Program-made: the position numbers and the translations under genes
The notes under the pieces: model-generated
What the model was told of the DNA's origin: nothing
Seen by the model: the letters and a program-made list of their open reading frames with translations, nothing else
Databases searched by the model: none
Source: Eledone cirrhosa
Taxonomy: Eukaryota
NCBI GenBank assembly: GCA_964016885.1
Contig: OZ024744.1
Span: 116,932,001 to 116,996,000 of the forward strand
Direction: 5' to 3'
DNA: 64,000 bases
In this document: positions 12,775 through 26,300 of the stretch, piece after piece
How the letters are laid out: the number at the start of each line of letters is the position of its first letter
Numbering within the stretch: the first letter of the stretch is position 1

Positions 12775-13068
12775 ATACTACCACCACCACCACCACCACC
12801 TTTACTACTACCACTACCACCACCACTATCACTACTACTACCACCACCACCACTATCAGTACTACTACCACTACCACTACCACCACCACCGCCATCTTTT
12901 CTACTACTACTACCACTACCACCACCACCACCACCATCTTTTCTACTACTACTACCACTACCACCACCACCATCATCTCTACTACTACTACCACTACCAC
13001 CACCATCATCTCTACTTCTACTACCACTACCACCACCATCATCTCTACTACTACTACCGCCACCACTT
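12775..13068. repeat. (ACC/ACT)n trinucleotide tract
   Basis: Direct inspection. Confidence 0.92.
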
Positions 13069-13554
13069 CAAAATTCTTTTTATTCAAACCCACACAGCCA
13101 CCCTGCTTATACGTTTTTCAGATTTTTTCCAAACCTGGGGTCCCTATCATTAAAACACTCAAGAAACCTCCTATGAGTTACAACCAGCTCCTGCCACTTA
13201 TATTCTTTCAGTCATTACCCAAGATTTATGACCACAGGTAAGGGTTGACATGAATACTGGATTGAAGACAGCGAGTTTGGTTTTGACACTTACCTCCCTT
13301 CTCCTGATTATCGCTTCAGCATTCATACATCATTATCTATTTTACATTTGATAACTTAGTAGAATAATGAGGTAAGCAGCAGATAATAATCAGTCCAACT
13401 GTTCAGGGTGGTGTCTGAGCATAATCACAGTCCAATGACTGAAACAGATAAAAGAATAACAGTAAAACACTGATAAAAAGGAATCAATGAAATATGTCAA
13501 TGTTTATCTTGTCCAGCTTACACTTGCCTGAACTTTATTCTAGTTCTTTTCTAG

Positions 13555-13605
13555 GTCAATCTTCCTCCTCATATATTAACTTATAATCATATTCTCATGG
13601 ATCAG
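13555..13605 (+). CDS. Candidate exon (VNLPPHILTYNHILMDQ), unidentified
   Basis: ttcttttctAG acceptor, CAG|GTATGT donor, 51 nt open in phase 0. Confidence 0.3.
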
Positions 13606-13623
13606 GTATGTTTCTGATGTTAC

Positions 13624-13724
13624 CTGGTGGCTAATGAGTTGGACTCAATAAACATAAGATCTTGGCTTTCATCCTTCGACTCTGTAGCATTTTGACTTCT
13701 TGAGCCTGACACTTCATTTCCCAT
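13624..13724 (-). CDS. Candidate first coding exon MGNEVSGSRSQNATESKDESQDLMFIESNSLAT
   Basis: ACAATGG start context, MGxxxS myristoylation-like N-terminus, CAG|GTAAC donor. Confidence 0.22.
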
Positions 13725-13740
13725 TGTAGTGTGTGAGACG

Positions 13741-14115
13741 ACTGGGGTCCCTATCATTAAAACACCCAAGAAACCTCCTATGAGATACAACCTTGTAGGA
13801 GACCAACTAAACCTACATAGGTGTGAGCTGTAACAACATGATAGGACTGGGGTCCCTATCATTAAAACACCCAAGAAACCTCCTATGAGGTACAACCTTG
13901 TAGGAGACCAACTAAACCTACATAGGTGTGAGCTGTAACAACATGATAGGACTGGGGTCCCTATCATTAAAACACCCAAGAAACCTCCTATGAGGTACAA
14001 CCTTGTAGGAGACCAACTAAACCTACATAGGTGTGAGCTGTAACAACATGATAGGACTGGGGTCCCTATCATTAAAACACCCAAGAAACCTCCTATGAGG
14101 TACAACCTTGTAGGA
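13741..14115. repeat. 105-bp tandem repeat, about 3.5 copies (partial solo copy at 13135-13185)
   Basis: ACTGGGGTCCCTATC at 13741, 13846, 13951 and 14056. Confidence 0.95.
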
Positions 14116-14679
14116 ATAGGTGTGAGTTGTATCAAGAAAGTTAAGTCACAGTGAAGTCTATTTTGCTTTTCATTCTTTAAGGATTGATAAAATTAAGTAC
14201 CAGTTATATTTTCAGGAATATAATTAACTGTAATAAAGCTAATGACTGAGTTATGTAGTTGTCATGTAGCCCCATGAGAGCCCTTCCTGAGCTGGTCTTT
14301 GATTAAAGGTGTTCCAGCTATGACCATTCCATCTACTATTTAAGATATAGAGTATCAAGTTTCACATCCTCTACCATTTTGTTTTTAATCTTTAAGATGT
14401 AACTTGAGTGAAATTCAGCTGCTATTTCTTGCAAGATGAATGACTACTCATTGGCCTCTTATTATACAGTAATGTAAAGAACAAAGATATGAGAGTTTTA
14501 TGATGCATGCTTGAATGGTGAGGGAGTTGTAGGGGCTCCGTATCGGTACGCTGCCTTTCTTGGGTATTTTTAAAACTTGGCAGAACCCATCTCCTCTCCA
14601 GGTCTAAATACAGCAGATTTTTGTCAGGGAAGGATAGTATGAGGGAATAGAAGTGAGGAAGAGATATAGAGGGAGAATA

Positions 14680-14815
14680 GACCCCAGTATTTGACTGGTA
14701 CTTTTTTTTTTATTGATGTCGAAAGCATGAAAGGTAAAGTTTGACCTTGGTGGGGATTTGAACTGAGAGAGTCAGAAGGAATACCATAAATTATTCTATC
14801 TGATGTTCTGATGAT
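14680..14815 (-). mobile_element. Diverged SINE family A copy
   Basis: CTGGTACTT...ATGAAAGGTAAAGTTTGACCTTGGTGGGATTTGAACT. Confidence 0.7.
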
Positions 14816-14964
14816 TGGTCATAGTATAATAATAAATATACAGGTAAATAAATGAACAAGCTAGGTACTGGATGGAAGTAGAATTACAGGTGTGCAGTGG
14901 TAGAGGTAGAATTACAGGTACATTGAGGTAGAGGAATAATTATAGGTACAGAGAGGTAGAATTG

Positions 14965-15265
14965 TAGGTATAGAGGTAGACACAGGTATAAAGAGGTAGA
15001 GACACAGGTATAGGGAGGTAGGTACAGAGGTAGAGACACAGGTATAGGGAGGTAGGTACAGAGGTAGAGACACAGGTATAGGGAGGTAGGTACAGAGGTA
15101 GAGACACAGGTATAGGGTGGTAGGTACAGAGGTAGAGACACAGGTATAGGGTGGTAGGTACAGAGGTAGAGACACAGGTATAGGGTGGTAGGTACAGAGG
15201 TAGAGACACAGGTAGAGAGAGAGAGGTAGAGATACAGGTAGAGAGAGAGAGGTAGAGATAGAGGT
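14965..15265. repeat. 34-bp purine-rich tandem repeat
   Basis: GAGGTAGAGACACAGGTATAGGGAGGTAGGTACA, about 6-8 copies with degenerate ends. Confidence 0.9.
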
Positions 15266-15567
15266 GTAGTGTATTAAGGAGAAGATGAAGGTTTATTGAA
15301 GGAGGAAGGTAAATATGTTTTTGTGACAAAGTTGTAGAATTGCTAACAATAAGTGACTATATCAAGTTACCATGAAATGGCAGAGCAGGTATTTTGGCAG
15401 CATCCCAAGATACCTGGCAATGACAATTAGCTGTCTTATAGATGTTGTTTTTGTTTATAATAGTAAAGTTATATTGAATTTAGTATACAGAATTGTTGTT
15501 GATTGTGATGTAACATTGGCAGTCTTGAGCAAGTGATGCCTGTCACATGGGCTAACTTTCAAATAAC

Positions 15568-15880
15568 CATTCTCACTTTGACATATCGCTTCTCATTTTG
15601 ACGTATCGGTCCTCACATTGAAATATCGGTTCTCACATTGAAATATCGGTTCTCACATTGAAATATCGGTTCTCAAATTGAAATATCGGTTCTCAAATTG
15701 AAATATCGGTTCTCATTTTGACATATCGGTTCTCACATTGAAATATCGGTTCTCACATTGAAATATCGGTTCTCATTTTGACATATCGGTTCTCACATTG
15801 AAATATCGGTTCTCACATTGAAATATCGGTTCTCACATTGAAATATCGGTTCTCAAATTGAAATATCGGTTCTCATTTTG
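15568..15880. repeat. 20-bp tandem repeat (GAAATATCGGTTCTCACATT), about 15 copies
   Basis: Direct inspection. Confidence 0.95.
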
Positions 15881-15936
15881 TTTGAAATTGTTCTCGTGAA
15901 ATGGTTTTTTTATCACTTAGAATTACAAATCTATAT

Positions 15937-16002
15937 ATAATTGTTCCTACTTTAGGCACAAGGCCAGCAATTACCCAGTGCATTACTGGTACTTTATTTT
16001 AT
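15937..16002 (-). mobile_element. SINE family A 3' fragment truncated at the adjacent Helitron-like element
   Basis: TAATTGTTCCTACTTTAGGCACAAGGCCAGCAATTACCCAGTGCATTACTGGTAC. Confidence 0.8.
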
Positions 16003-16617
16003 ATATATATAATATAATATAATTATATATAATATAAAGGAGAGATGTTTGTTGGTTGGTTGAATAGCATGAAAACCGCACGCACGCACGCGGAAAGGCA
16101 GAAATAGAAAGATAGACCATTATACAGAGAGTGTTAGATATTTAGAGAGAGAGTAACGTCCCAAAAGAAACAGCTTAAACTATAGATCCTTTGATCTATA
16201 AAGGAAGGTTTAACAATATTGTGTTAGCTTTTATAAAGTCTTTGATTTTACAGAACAAAGAAAAACTGATACTATTTGAAATTAATCTACCCTCCAGCTT
16301 TTATCCAGATATTACTTACAGTCCGTACTAACGAAGCAACACTTCAGAAGCAATGTTATGTGGTATATTGCTGTGTTTCAGATGACGTCCTTTGGGGCTG
16401 AAAAAGATCATACTGATTATGGTTATTTCACATTTAAAATCCAAGGCCAATATTACCATTTAATCAGCAGTTTACTCCCCCAGCCTAATAAGGAAGTTTT
16501 ATGATTGTTTTGTTTATATGTCTCTCACACACACACATTACGGTCTCACCTCATACCAGACAACACATCCCCTACAGTCGTTTGGTTCTCCTGGGCGAAG
16601 CCGGGTCCCTCAGCTAG
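16003..16617 (+). mobile_element. Non-autonomous Helitron-like element
   Basis: TA-rich 5' end. The 3' hairpin CCTGGGCGAAGCCGGG is followed about 8 nt later by CTAG|T. Confidence 0.7.
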
Positions 16618-16779
16618 TACTGTACAAATGAACAGTGAAATAAGATTTCAAAATGAGCAGATGTCATCACTTCTAAGTGAGACAAGAGGTTTGAAATTAA
16701 GCAGATTTTTTTTTAAATGAAATTTAAACTCACTTAACGATCTAACGATTCAATAAAAATGTCATTTTTGTCCAAGAGG

Positions 16780-17172
16780 TTCTCTCTCTCTCCCGCTCTC
16801 TCATCCCTCTCTCTCTCTCTCTCCCTCTCTCTCTCTCTCCCGCTCTCTCATCCCTCTCTCTCTCTCTCTCTCCCCCTCTCTCATCCCTCTCACTCTCCCC
16901 CTCTCTCATCCCTCTCACTCTCCCCCTCTCTCATCCCTCTCACTCTCCCCCTCTCTCATCCCTCTTGCTCTCCCCTCTCTATCATCTCTATCATCTCTCT
17001 CCCCTCTCTCCCCTCTCTCTCACCCCCCCCCCCCTCTCACCCCTCGCCCTCCCCTCTCTTTCCCATCTCTCTCTCCCCTTTCTCCCTCCCTTCTCTCACC
17101 CCTCTCTCTCACCACAATCTCACTGTCTCTCTCACTCCCCACCATCTTGCCCCTCTCACCTATTACTCTCTC
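16780..17172. repeat. (CT)-rich polypyrimidine tract with a ~24-bp sub-repeat
   Basis: Direct inspection. Confidence 0.9.
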
Positions 17173-17213
17173 GTTAAAATTTATAACAGTTTGAAGGTTT
17201 CTTATTTATGTAG

Positions 17214-17263
17214 GTAATTAAGAATATATTACCTGTGTTTTATACAGCAGCAGGTAACTTCAG
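17214..17263 (+). CDS. Candidate exon (VIKNILPVFYTAAGNF), with tandem alternative donors at 17253/17263
   Basis: ttatttatgtAG acceptor, two CAG|GTAACT donors, phase-compatible with 13555-13605. Confidence 0.25.
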
Positions 17264-17315
17264 GTAACTGAATATATCTTTACAACATAACAAATAATTG
17301 TATGTCAGTAATATT

Positions 17316-20300
17316 TCATGTCTATAGGAGGAGTGACCTAGTAGTTGGGGGATTGTACTGGGTATAAGGTCATGTCTATAGGAGTGTGACCTAGTAGTTA
17401 GGGGATTGTACTGGGTATAAGGTCATGTCTATAGGAGTGTGACCTAGTAGTTAGGGGATTGTACTGGGTATAAGGTCATGTCTATAGGAGTGTGACCTAG
17501 TAGTTGGGGGATTGTACTGGGTATAAGGTCATGTCTATAGGAGTGTGACCTAGTAGTTGGGGGATTGTACTGGGTATAAGGTCATGTCTATAGGAGGAGT
17601 GACCTAGTAGTTAGGGGATTGTACTGGATATAAGGTCATGTCTATAGGAGGAGTGACCTAGTCGTTAGGGGATTGTACTGGGTATAAGGTCATGTCTATA
17701 GGAGGAGTGTGACCTAGTAGTTGGGGGATTGTACTGGGTATAAGGTCATGTCTATAGGAGGAGTGACCTAGTAGTTGGGGGATTGTACTGGGTATAAGGT
17801 CATGTCTATAGGAGGAGTGACCTAGTAGTTGGGGGATTGTACTGGGTATAAGGTCATGTCTATAGGAGGAGTGTGACCTAGTAGTTAGGGGATTGTACTG
17901 GGTATAAGGTCATGTCTATAGGAGTGTGACCTAGTAGTTGGGGGATTGTACTGGGTATAAGGTCATGTCTATAGGAGGAGTGTGACCTAGTAGTTAGGGG
18001 ATTGTACTGGGTATAAGGTCATGTCTATAGGAGTGTGACCTAGTAGTTGGGGGATTGTACTGGGTATAAGGTCATGTCTATAGGAAGAGTGTGACCTAGT
18101 AGTTAGGGGATTGTACTGGGTATAAGGTCATGTCTATAGGAGGAGTGTGACCTAGTAGTTGGGGGATTGTACTGGGTATAAGGTCATGTCTATAGGAAGA
18201 GTGTGACCTAGTAGTTAGGGGATTGTACTGGGTATAAGGTCATGTCTATAGGAGGAGTGTGACCTAGTAGTTGGGGGATTGTACTGGGTATAAGGTCATG
18301 TCTATAGGAAGAGTGTGACCTAGTAGTTAGGGGATTGTACTGGGTATAAGGTCATGTCTATAGGAGGAGTGTGACCTAGTAGTTGGGGGATTGTACTGGG
18401 TATAAGGTCATGTCTATTGGAGGAGTGTGACCTAGTAGTTGGGGGATTGTACTGGGTATGAGGTCATGTCTATAGGAGGAGTGTGACCTAGTAGTTAGGG
18501 GATTGTACTGGGTATAAGGTCATGTCTATAGGAGGAGTGACCTAGTAGTTGGGGGATTGTACTGGGTATAAGGTCATGTCTATAGGAGGAGTGTGACCTA
18601 GTAGTTGGGGGATTGTACTGGGTATAAGGTCATGTCTATAGGAGGAGTGTGACCTAGTAGTTAGGGGATTGTACTGGATATAAGGTCATGTCTATAGGAG
18701 GAGTGACCTAGTAGTTGGGGGATTGTACTGGGTATAAGGTCATGTCTATAGGAGTGTGACCTAGTAGTTAGGGGATTGTACTGGGTATAAGGTCATGTCT
18801 ATAGGAGTGTGACCTAGTAGTTGGGGGATTGTACTGGATATAAGGTCATGTCTATAGGAGGAGTGACCTAGTAGTTGGGGGATTGTACTGGGTATAAGGT
18901 CATGTCTATAGGAGTGTGACCTAGTAGTTGGGGGATTGTACTGGGTATAAGGTCATGTCTATAGGAGTGTGACCTAGTCGTTAGGGGATTGTACTGGGTA
19001 TAAGGTCATGTCTATAGGAGGAGTGACCTAGTAGTTGGGGGATTGTACTGGATATAAGGTCATGTCTATAGGAGGAGTGACCTAGTAGTTGGGGGATTGT
19101 ACTGGGTATAAGGTCATGTCTATAGGAGTGTGACCTAGTAGTTGGGGGATTGTACTGGATATAAGGTCATGTCTATAGGAGTGTGACCTAGTAGTTGGGG
19201 GATTGTACTGGGTATAAGGTCATGTCTATAGGAGTGTGACCTAGTAGTTAGGGGATTGTACTGGGTATAAGGTCATGTCTATAGGAGGAGTGTGACCTAG
19301 TAGTTGGGGGATTGTACTGGGTATAAGGTCATGTCTATAGGAGTGTGACCTAGTAGTTGGGGGATTGTACTGGATATAAGGTCATGTCTATAGGAGGAGT
19401 GTGACCTAGTAGTTGGGGGATTGTACTGGATATAAGGTCATGTCTATAGGAGGAGTGTGACCTAGTAGTTGGGGGATTGTACTGGGTATAAGGTCATGTC
19501 TATAGGAGGAGTGACCTAGTAGTTGGGGGATTGTACTGGGTATAAGGTCATGTCTATAGGAGGGGTGTGACCTAGTAGTTGGGGGATTGTACTGGATATA
19601 AGGTCATGTCTATAGGAGGAGTGACCTAGTAAGGGGATTGTACTGGATATAAGGTCATGTCTATAGGAGGAGTCTGACCTAGTAGTTGGGGGATTGTACT
19701 GGATATAAGGTCATGTCTATAGGAGGAGTGACCTAGTAAGGGGATTGTACTGGATATAAGGTCATGTCTATAGGAGGAGTGTGACCTAGTAGTTGGGGGA
19801 TTGTACTGGGTATAAGGTCATGTCTATAGGAGGAGTGTGACCTAGTAGTTGGGGGATTGTACTGGGTATAAGGTCATGTCTATAGGAGGAGTGACCTAGT
19901 AGTTAGGGGATTGTACTGGATATAAGGTCATGTCTATAGGAGAAGTGACCTAGTAGTTGGGGGATTGTACTGGGTATAAGGTCATGTCTATAGGAGGAGT
20001 GTGACCTAGTAGTTGGGGGATTGTACTGGGTATAAGGTCATGTCTATAGGAGGAGTGTGACCTAGTAGTTGGGGGATTGTACTGGGTATAAGGTCATGTC
20101 TATAGGAGGAGTGACCTAGTAGTTGGGGGATTGTACTGGGTATAAGGTCATGTCTATAGGAGGAGTGACCTAGTAGTTAGGGGATTGTACTGGATATAAG
20201 GTCATGTCTATAGGAGGAGTGACTTAGTAGTTGGGGATTGTACTGGGTATAAGGTCATGTCTATAGGAGTGTGACCTAGTAGTTGGGGGATTGTACTGGG

Positions 20301-23300
20301 TATAAGGTCATGTCTATAGGAGGAGTGTGACCTAGTAGTTGGGGGATTGTACTGGGTATAAGGTCATGTCTATAGGAGGAGTGTGACCTAGTAGTTGGGG
20401 GATTGTACTGGGTATAAGGTCATGTCTATAGGAGGAGTGACCTAGTAGTTGGGGGATTGTACTGGATATAAGGTCATGTCTATAGGAGGAGTGACCTAGT
20501 AGTTAGGGGATTGTACTGGATATAAGGTCATGTCTATAGGAGGAGTGACTTAGTAGTTGGGGATTGTACTGGGTATAAGGTCATGTCTATAGGAGTGTGA
20601 CCTAGTAGTTGGGGGATTGTACTGGGTATAAGGTCATGTCTATAGGAGGAGTGTGACCTAGTAGTTGGGGGATTGTACTGGGTATAAGGTCATGTCTATA
20701 GGAGGAGTGTGACCTAGTAGTTGGGGGATTGTACTGGGTATAAGGTCATGTCTATAGGAGGAGTGACCTAGTAATTGGGGGATTGTACTGGGTATAAGGT
20801 CATGTCTATAGGAGTGTGACCTAGTAGTTGGGGGATTGTACTGGGTATAAGGTCATGTCTATAGGAGGAGTGACCTAGTAGTTGGGGGATTGTACTGGGT
20901 ATAAGGTCATGTCTATAGGAGGAGTGTGACCTAGTAGTTGGGGGATTGTACTGGGTATAAGATCATGTCTATAGGAGTGTGACCTAGTAGTTGGGGGATT
21001 GTACTGGGTATAAGGTCATGTCTATAGGAGGAGTGTGACCTAGTAGTTGGGGGATTGTACTGGGTATAAGGTCATGTCTATAGGAGGAGTGTGACCTAGT
21101 AGTTGGGGGATTGTACTGGGTATAAGGTCATGTCTATAGGAGTGTGACCTAGTAGTTGGGGGATTGTACTGGATATAAGGTCATGTCTATAGGAGGAGTG
21201 TGACCTAGTAGTTGGGGGATTGTACCGGGTATAAGGTCATGTCTATAGGAGTGTGACCTAGTAGTTGGGGGATTGTACTGGGTATAAGGTCATGTCTATA
21301 GGAGTGTGACCTAGTAGTTGGGGGATTGTACTGGGTATAAGGTCATGTCTATAGGAGTGTGACCTAGTAGTTGGGGGATTGTACTGGGTATAAGGTCATG
21401 TCTATAGGAGTGTGACCTAGTAGTTGGGGGATTGTACTCGGTATAAGGTCATGTCTATAGGAGTGTGACCTAGTAGTTGGGGGATTGTACTCGGTATAAG
21501 GTCATGTCTATAGGAGTGTGACCTAGTAGTTGGGGGATTGTACTGGGTATAAGGTCATGTCTATAGGAGTGTGACCTAGTAGTTGGGGGATTGTACTGGG
21601 TATAAGGTCATGTCTATAGGAGTGTGACCTAGTAGTTGGGGGATTGTACTGGGTATAAGGTCATGTCTATAGGAGTGTGACCTAGTAGTTGGGGGATTGT
21701 ACTGGGTATAAGGTCATGTCTATAGGAGTGTGACCTAGTAGTTGGGGGATTGTACTGGGTATAAGGTCATGTCTATAGGAGGAGTGTGACCTAGTAGTTG
21801 GGGGATTGTACTGGGTATAAGGTCATGTCTATAGGAGTGTGACCTAGTAGTTGGGGGATTGTACTGGGTATAAGGTCATGTCTATAGGAGTGTGACCTAG
21901 TAGTTGGGGGATTGTACTGGGTATAAGGTCATGTCTATAGGAGGAGTGTGACCTAGTAGTTGGGGGATTGTACTGGGTATAAGGTCATGTCTATAGGAGG
22001 AGTGTGACCTAGTAGTTGGGGGATTGTACTGGGTATAAGGTCATGTCTATAGGAGTGTGACCTAGTAGTTAGGGGATTGTACTGGATATAAGGTCATGTC
22101 TATAGGAGTGTGACCTAGTAGTTGGGGGATTGTACTGGATATAAGGTCATGTCTACAGGAGGAGTGACCTAGTAGTTGGGGGATTGTACTGGGTATAAGG
22201 TCATGTCTATAGGAGTGTGACCTAGTAGTTGGGGGATTGTACTGGGTATAAGGTCATGTCTATAGGAGGAGTGTGACCTAGTAGTTGGGGGATTGTACTG
22301 GATATAAGGTCATGTCTATAGGAGGAGTGACCTAGTAGTTGGGGGATTGTACTGGGTATAAGGTCATGTCTATAGGAGTGTGACCTAGTAGTTGGGGGAT
22401 TGTACTGGATATAAGGTCATGTCTATAGGAGGAGTGTGACCTAGTAGTTGGGGGATTGTACTGGGTATAAGGTCATGTCTATAGGAGGAGTGTGACCTAG
22501 TAGTTGGGGGATTGTACTGGGTATAAGGTCATGTCTATAGGAGGAGTGTGACCTAGTAGTTGGGGGATTGTACTGGGTATAAGGTCATGTCTATAGGAGT
22601 GTGACCTAGTAGTTGGGGGATTGTACTGGGTATAAGGTCATGTCTATAGGAGTGTGACCTAGTAGTTGGGGGATTGTACTGGATATAAGGTCATGTCTAT
22701 AGGAGGAGTGTGACCTAGTAGTTGGGGGATTGTACCGGGTATAAGGTCATGTCTATAGGAGTGTGACCTAGTAGTTGGGGGATTGTACTGGGTATAAGGT
22801 CATGTCTATAGGAGTGTGACCTAGTAGTTGGGGGATTGTACTGGGTATAAGATCATGTCTATAGGAGTGTGACCTAGTAGTTGGGGGATTGTACTGGGTA
22901 TAAGGTCATGTCTATAGGAGTGTGACCTAGTAGTTGGGGGATTGTACTCGGTATAAGGTCATGTCTATAGGAGTGTGACCTAGTAGTTGGGGGATTGTAC
23001 TGGGTATAAGGTCATGTCTATAGGAGTGTGACCTAGTAGTTGGGGGATTGTACTGGGTATAAGGTCATGTCTATAGGAGTGTGACCTAGTAGTTGGGGGA
23101 TTGTACTGGGTATAAGGTCATGTCTATAGGAGTGTGACCTAATAGTTGGGGGATTGTACTGGGTATAAGGTCATGTCTATAGGAGTGTGACCTAGTAGTT
23201 GGGGGATTGTACTGGGTATAAGGTCATGTCTATAGGAGTGTGACCTAGTAGTTGGGGGATTGTACTGGGTATAAGGTCATGTCTATAGGAGGAGTGTGAC

Positions 23301-26300
23301 CTAGTAGTTGGGGGATTGTACTGGGTATAAGGTCATGTCTATAGGAGTGTGACCTAGTAGTTGGGGGATTGTATTGGGTATAAGGTCATGTCTATAGGAG
23401 TGTGACCTAGTAGTTGGGGGATTGTACTGGGTATAAGGTCATGTCTATAGGAGGAGTGTGACCTAGTAGTTGGGGGATTGTACTGGGTATAAGGTCATGT
23501 CTATAGGAGGAGTGTGACCTAGTAGTTGGGGGATTGTACTGGGTATAAGGTCATGTCTATAGGAGTGTGACCTAGTAGTTAGGGGATTGTACTGGATATA
23601 AGGTCATGTCTATAGGAGTGTGACCTAGTAGTTGGGGGATTGTACTGGATATAAGGTCATGTCTACAGGAGGAGTGACCTAGTAGTTGGGGGATTGTACT
23701 GGGTATAAGGTCATGTCTATAGGAGTGTGACCTAGTAGTTGGGGGATTGTACTGGGTATAAGGTCATGTCTATAGGAGGAGTGTGACCTAGTAGTTGGGG
23801 GATTGTACTGGATATAAGGTCATGTCTATAGGAGGAGTGACCTAGTATTTGAGGGATTGTACTGGGTATAAGGTCATGTCTATAGGAGTGTGACCTAGTA
23901 GTTGGGGGATTGTACTGGATATAAGGTCATGTCTATAGGAGGAGTGTGACCTAGTAGTTGGGGGATTGTACTGGGTATAAGGTCATGTCTATAGGAGGAG
24001 TGTGACCTAGTAGTTGGGGGATTGTACTGGGTATAAGGTCATGTCTATAGGAGGAGTGTGACCTAGTAGTTGGGGGATTGTACTGGGTATAAGGTCATGT
24101 CTATAGGAGTGTGACCTAGTAGTTGGGGGATTGTACTGGGTATAAGGTCATGTCTATAGGAGGAGTGTGACCTGGTAGTTGGGGGATTGTACTGGGTATA
24201 AGGTCATGTCTATAGGAGTGTGACCTAGTAGTTGGGGGATTGTACTGGGTATAAGGTCATGTCTATAGGAGGAGTGTGACCTAGTAGTTGGGGGATTGTA
24301 CTGGGTATAAGGTCATGTCTATAGGAGTGTGACCTAGGAGTTGGGGGATTGTACTGGGTATAAGGTCATGTCTATAGGAGGAGTGACCTAGTAGTTGGGG
24401 GATTGTACTGGGTATAAGGTCATGTCTATAGGAGGAGTGACCTAGTAGTTGGGGGATTGTACTGGGTATAAGGTCATGTCTATAGGAGTGTGACCTAGTA
24501 GTTGGGGGATTGTACTGGGTATAAGGTCATGTCTATAGGAGGAGTGTGACCTAGTTGTTGGGGGATTGTACTGGGTATAAGGTCATGTCTATAGGAGTGA
24601 CCTAGTAGTTGGGGGATTGTACTGGGTATAAGGTCATGTTTATAGGAGGAGAGTGACCTAGTAGTTGGGGGATTGTACTGGGTATAAGGTCATGTCTATG
24701 GGAAGAGTGTGACCTAGTAGTTGGGGGATTGTACTGGGTATAAGGTCATGTCTATAGGAGGAGTGTGACCTAGTTGTTGGGGGATTGTACTGGGTATAAG
24801 GTCATGTCTATAGGAGTGACCTAGTAGTTGGGGGATTGTACTGGGTATAAGGTCATGTTTATAGGAGGAGAGTGACCTAGTAGTTGGGGGATTGTACTGG
24901 GTATAAGGTCATGTCTATAGGAGGAGTGTGACCTAGTAGTTGGGGGATTATACTGGGTATAAGGTCATGTCTATAGGAGGAGTGTGACCTAGTAGTTGGG
25001 GGATTGTACTGGGTATAAGGTCATGTCTATAGGAGGAGTGTGACCTAGTAGTTGGGGGATTGTACTGGATATAAGGTCATGTCTATAGGAGGAGTGTGAC
25101 CTAGTAGTTGGGGGATTGTACTGGGTATAAGGTCATGTCTATAGGAGGAGTCTGACCTAGTAGTTGGGGGATTGTACTGGGTATAAGGTCATGTCTATAG
25201 GAGGAGTGACCTAGTAGTTGGGGGATTGTACTGGATATAAGGTCATGTCTATAGGAGGAGTGTGACCTAGTAGTTGGGGGATTGTACTGGGTATGAGGTC
25301 ATGTCTATAGGAGGAGTGTGACCTAGTAGTTGGGGGATTGTACTGGGTATAAGGTCATGTCTATAGGAGGAGTGACCTAGTAGTTGGGGGATTGTACTGG
25401 GTATAAGGTCATGTCTATAGGAGGAGTGTGACCTAGTAGTTGGGGGATTGTACTGGGTATAAGGTCATGTCTATAGGAGTGTGACCTAGTAGTTGGGGGA
25501 TTGTACTGGGTATAAGGTCATGTCTATAGGAGGAGTGACCTAGTAGTTGGGGGATTGTACTGGGTATAAGGTCATGTCTATAGGAGTGTGACCTAGTAGT
25601 TGGGGGATTGTACTGGGTATAAGGTCATGTCTATAGGAGGAGTGTGACCTAGTAGTTAGGGGATTGTACTGGGTATAAGGTCATGTCTATAGGAGGAGTG
25701 ACCTAGTAGCTGGGGGATTGTACTGGGTATAAGGTCATGTCTATAGGAGTGTGACCTAGTAGTTGGGGGATTGTACTGGGTATAAGGTCATGTCTATAGG
25801 AGTGTGACCTAGTAGTTGGGGGATTGTACTGGGTATAAGGTCATGTCTATAGGAGGAGTGTGACCTAGTAGTTGGGGGATTGTACTGGGTATAAGGTCAT
25901 GTCTATAGGAGGAGTGTGACCTAGTAGTTGGGGGATTGTACTGGGTATAAGGTCATGTCTATAGGAGGAGTGTGACCTAGTAGTTGGGGGATTGTACTGG
26001 GTATAAGGTCATGTCTATAGGAGTGTGACCTAGTAGTTAGGGGATTGTACTGGGTATAAGGTCATGTCTATAGGAGGAGTGTGACCTAGTAGTTGGGGGA
26101 TTGTACTGGGTATAAGGTCATGTCTATAGGAGGAGTGTGACCTAGTAGTTGGGGGATTGTACTGGGTATAAGGTCATGTCTATAGGAGGAGTGTGACCTA
26201 GTAGTTGGGGGATTGTACTGGGTATAAGGTCATGTCTATAGGAGTGTGACCTAGTAGTTGGGGGATTGTACTGGGTATAAGGTCATGTCTATAGGAGGAG

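Noticed and set aside
13212-13237. 26-nt plus-strand micro-exon with good splice sites
   Set aside because: Joining it to 13555-13605 gives a stop in all three frames. It could only be non-coding or differently spliced.
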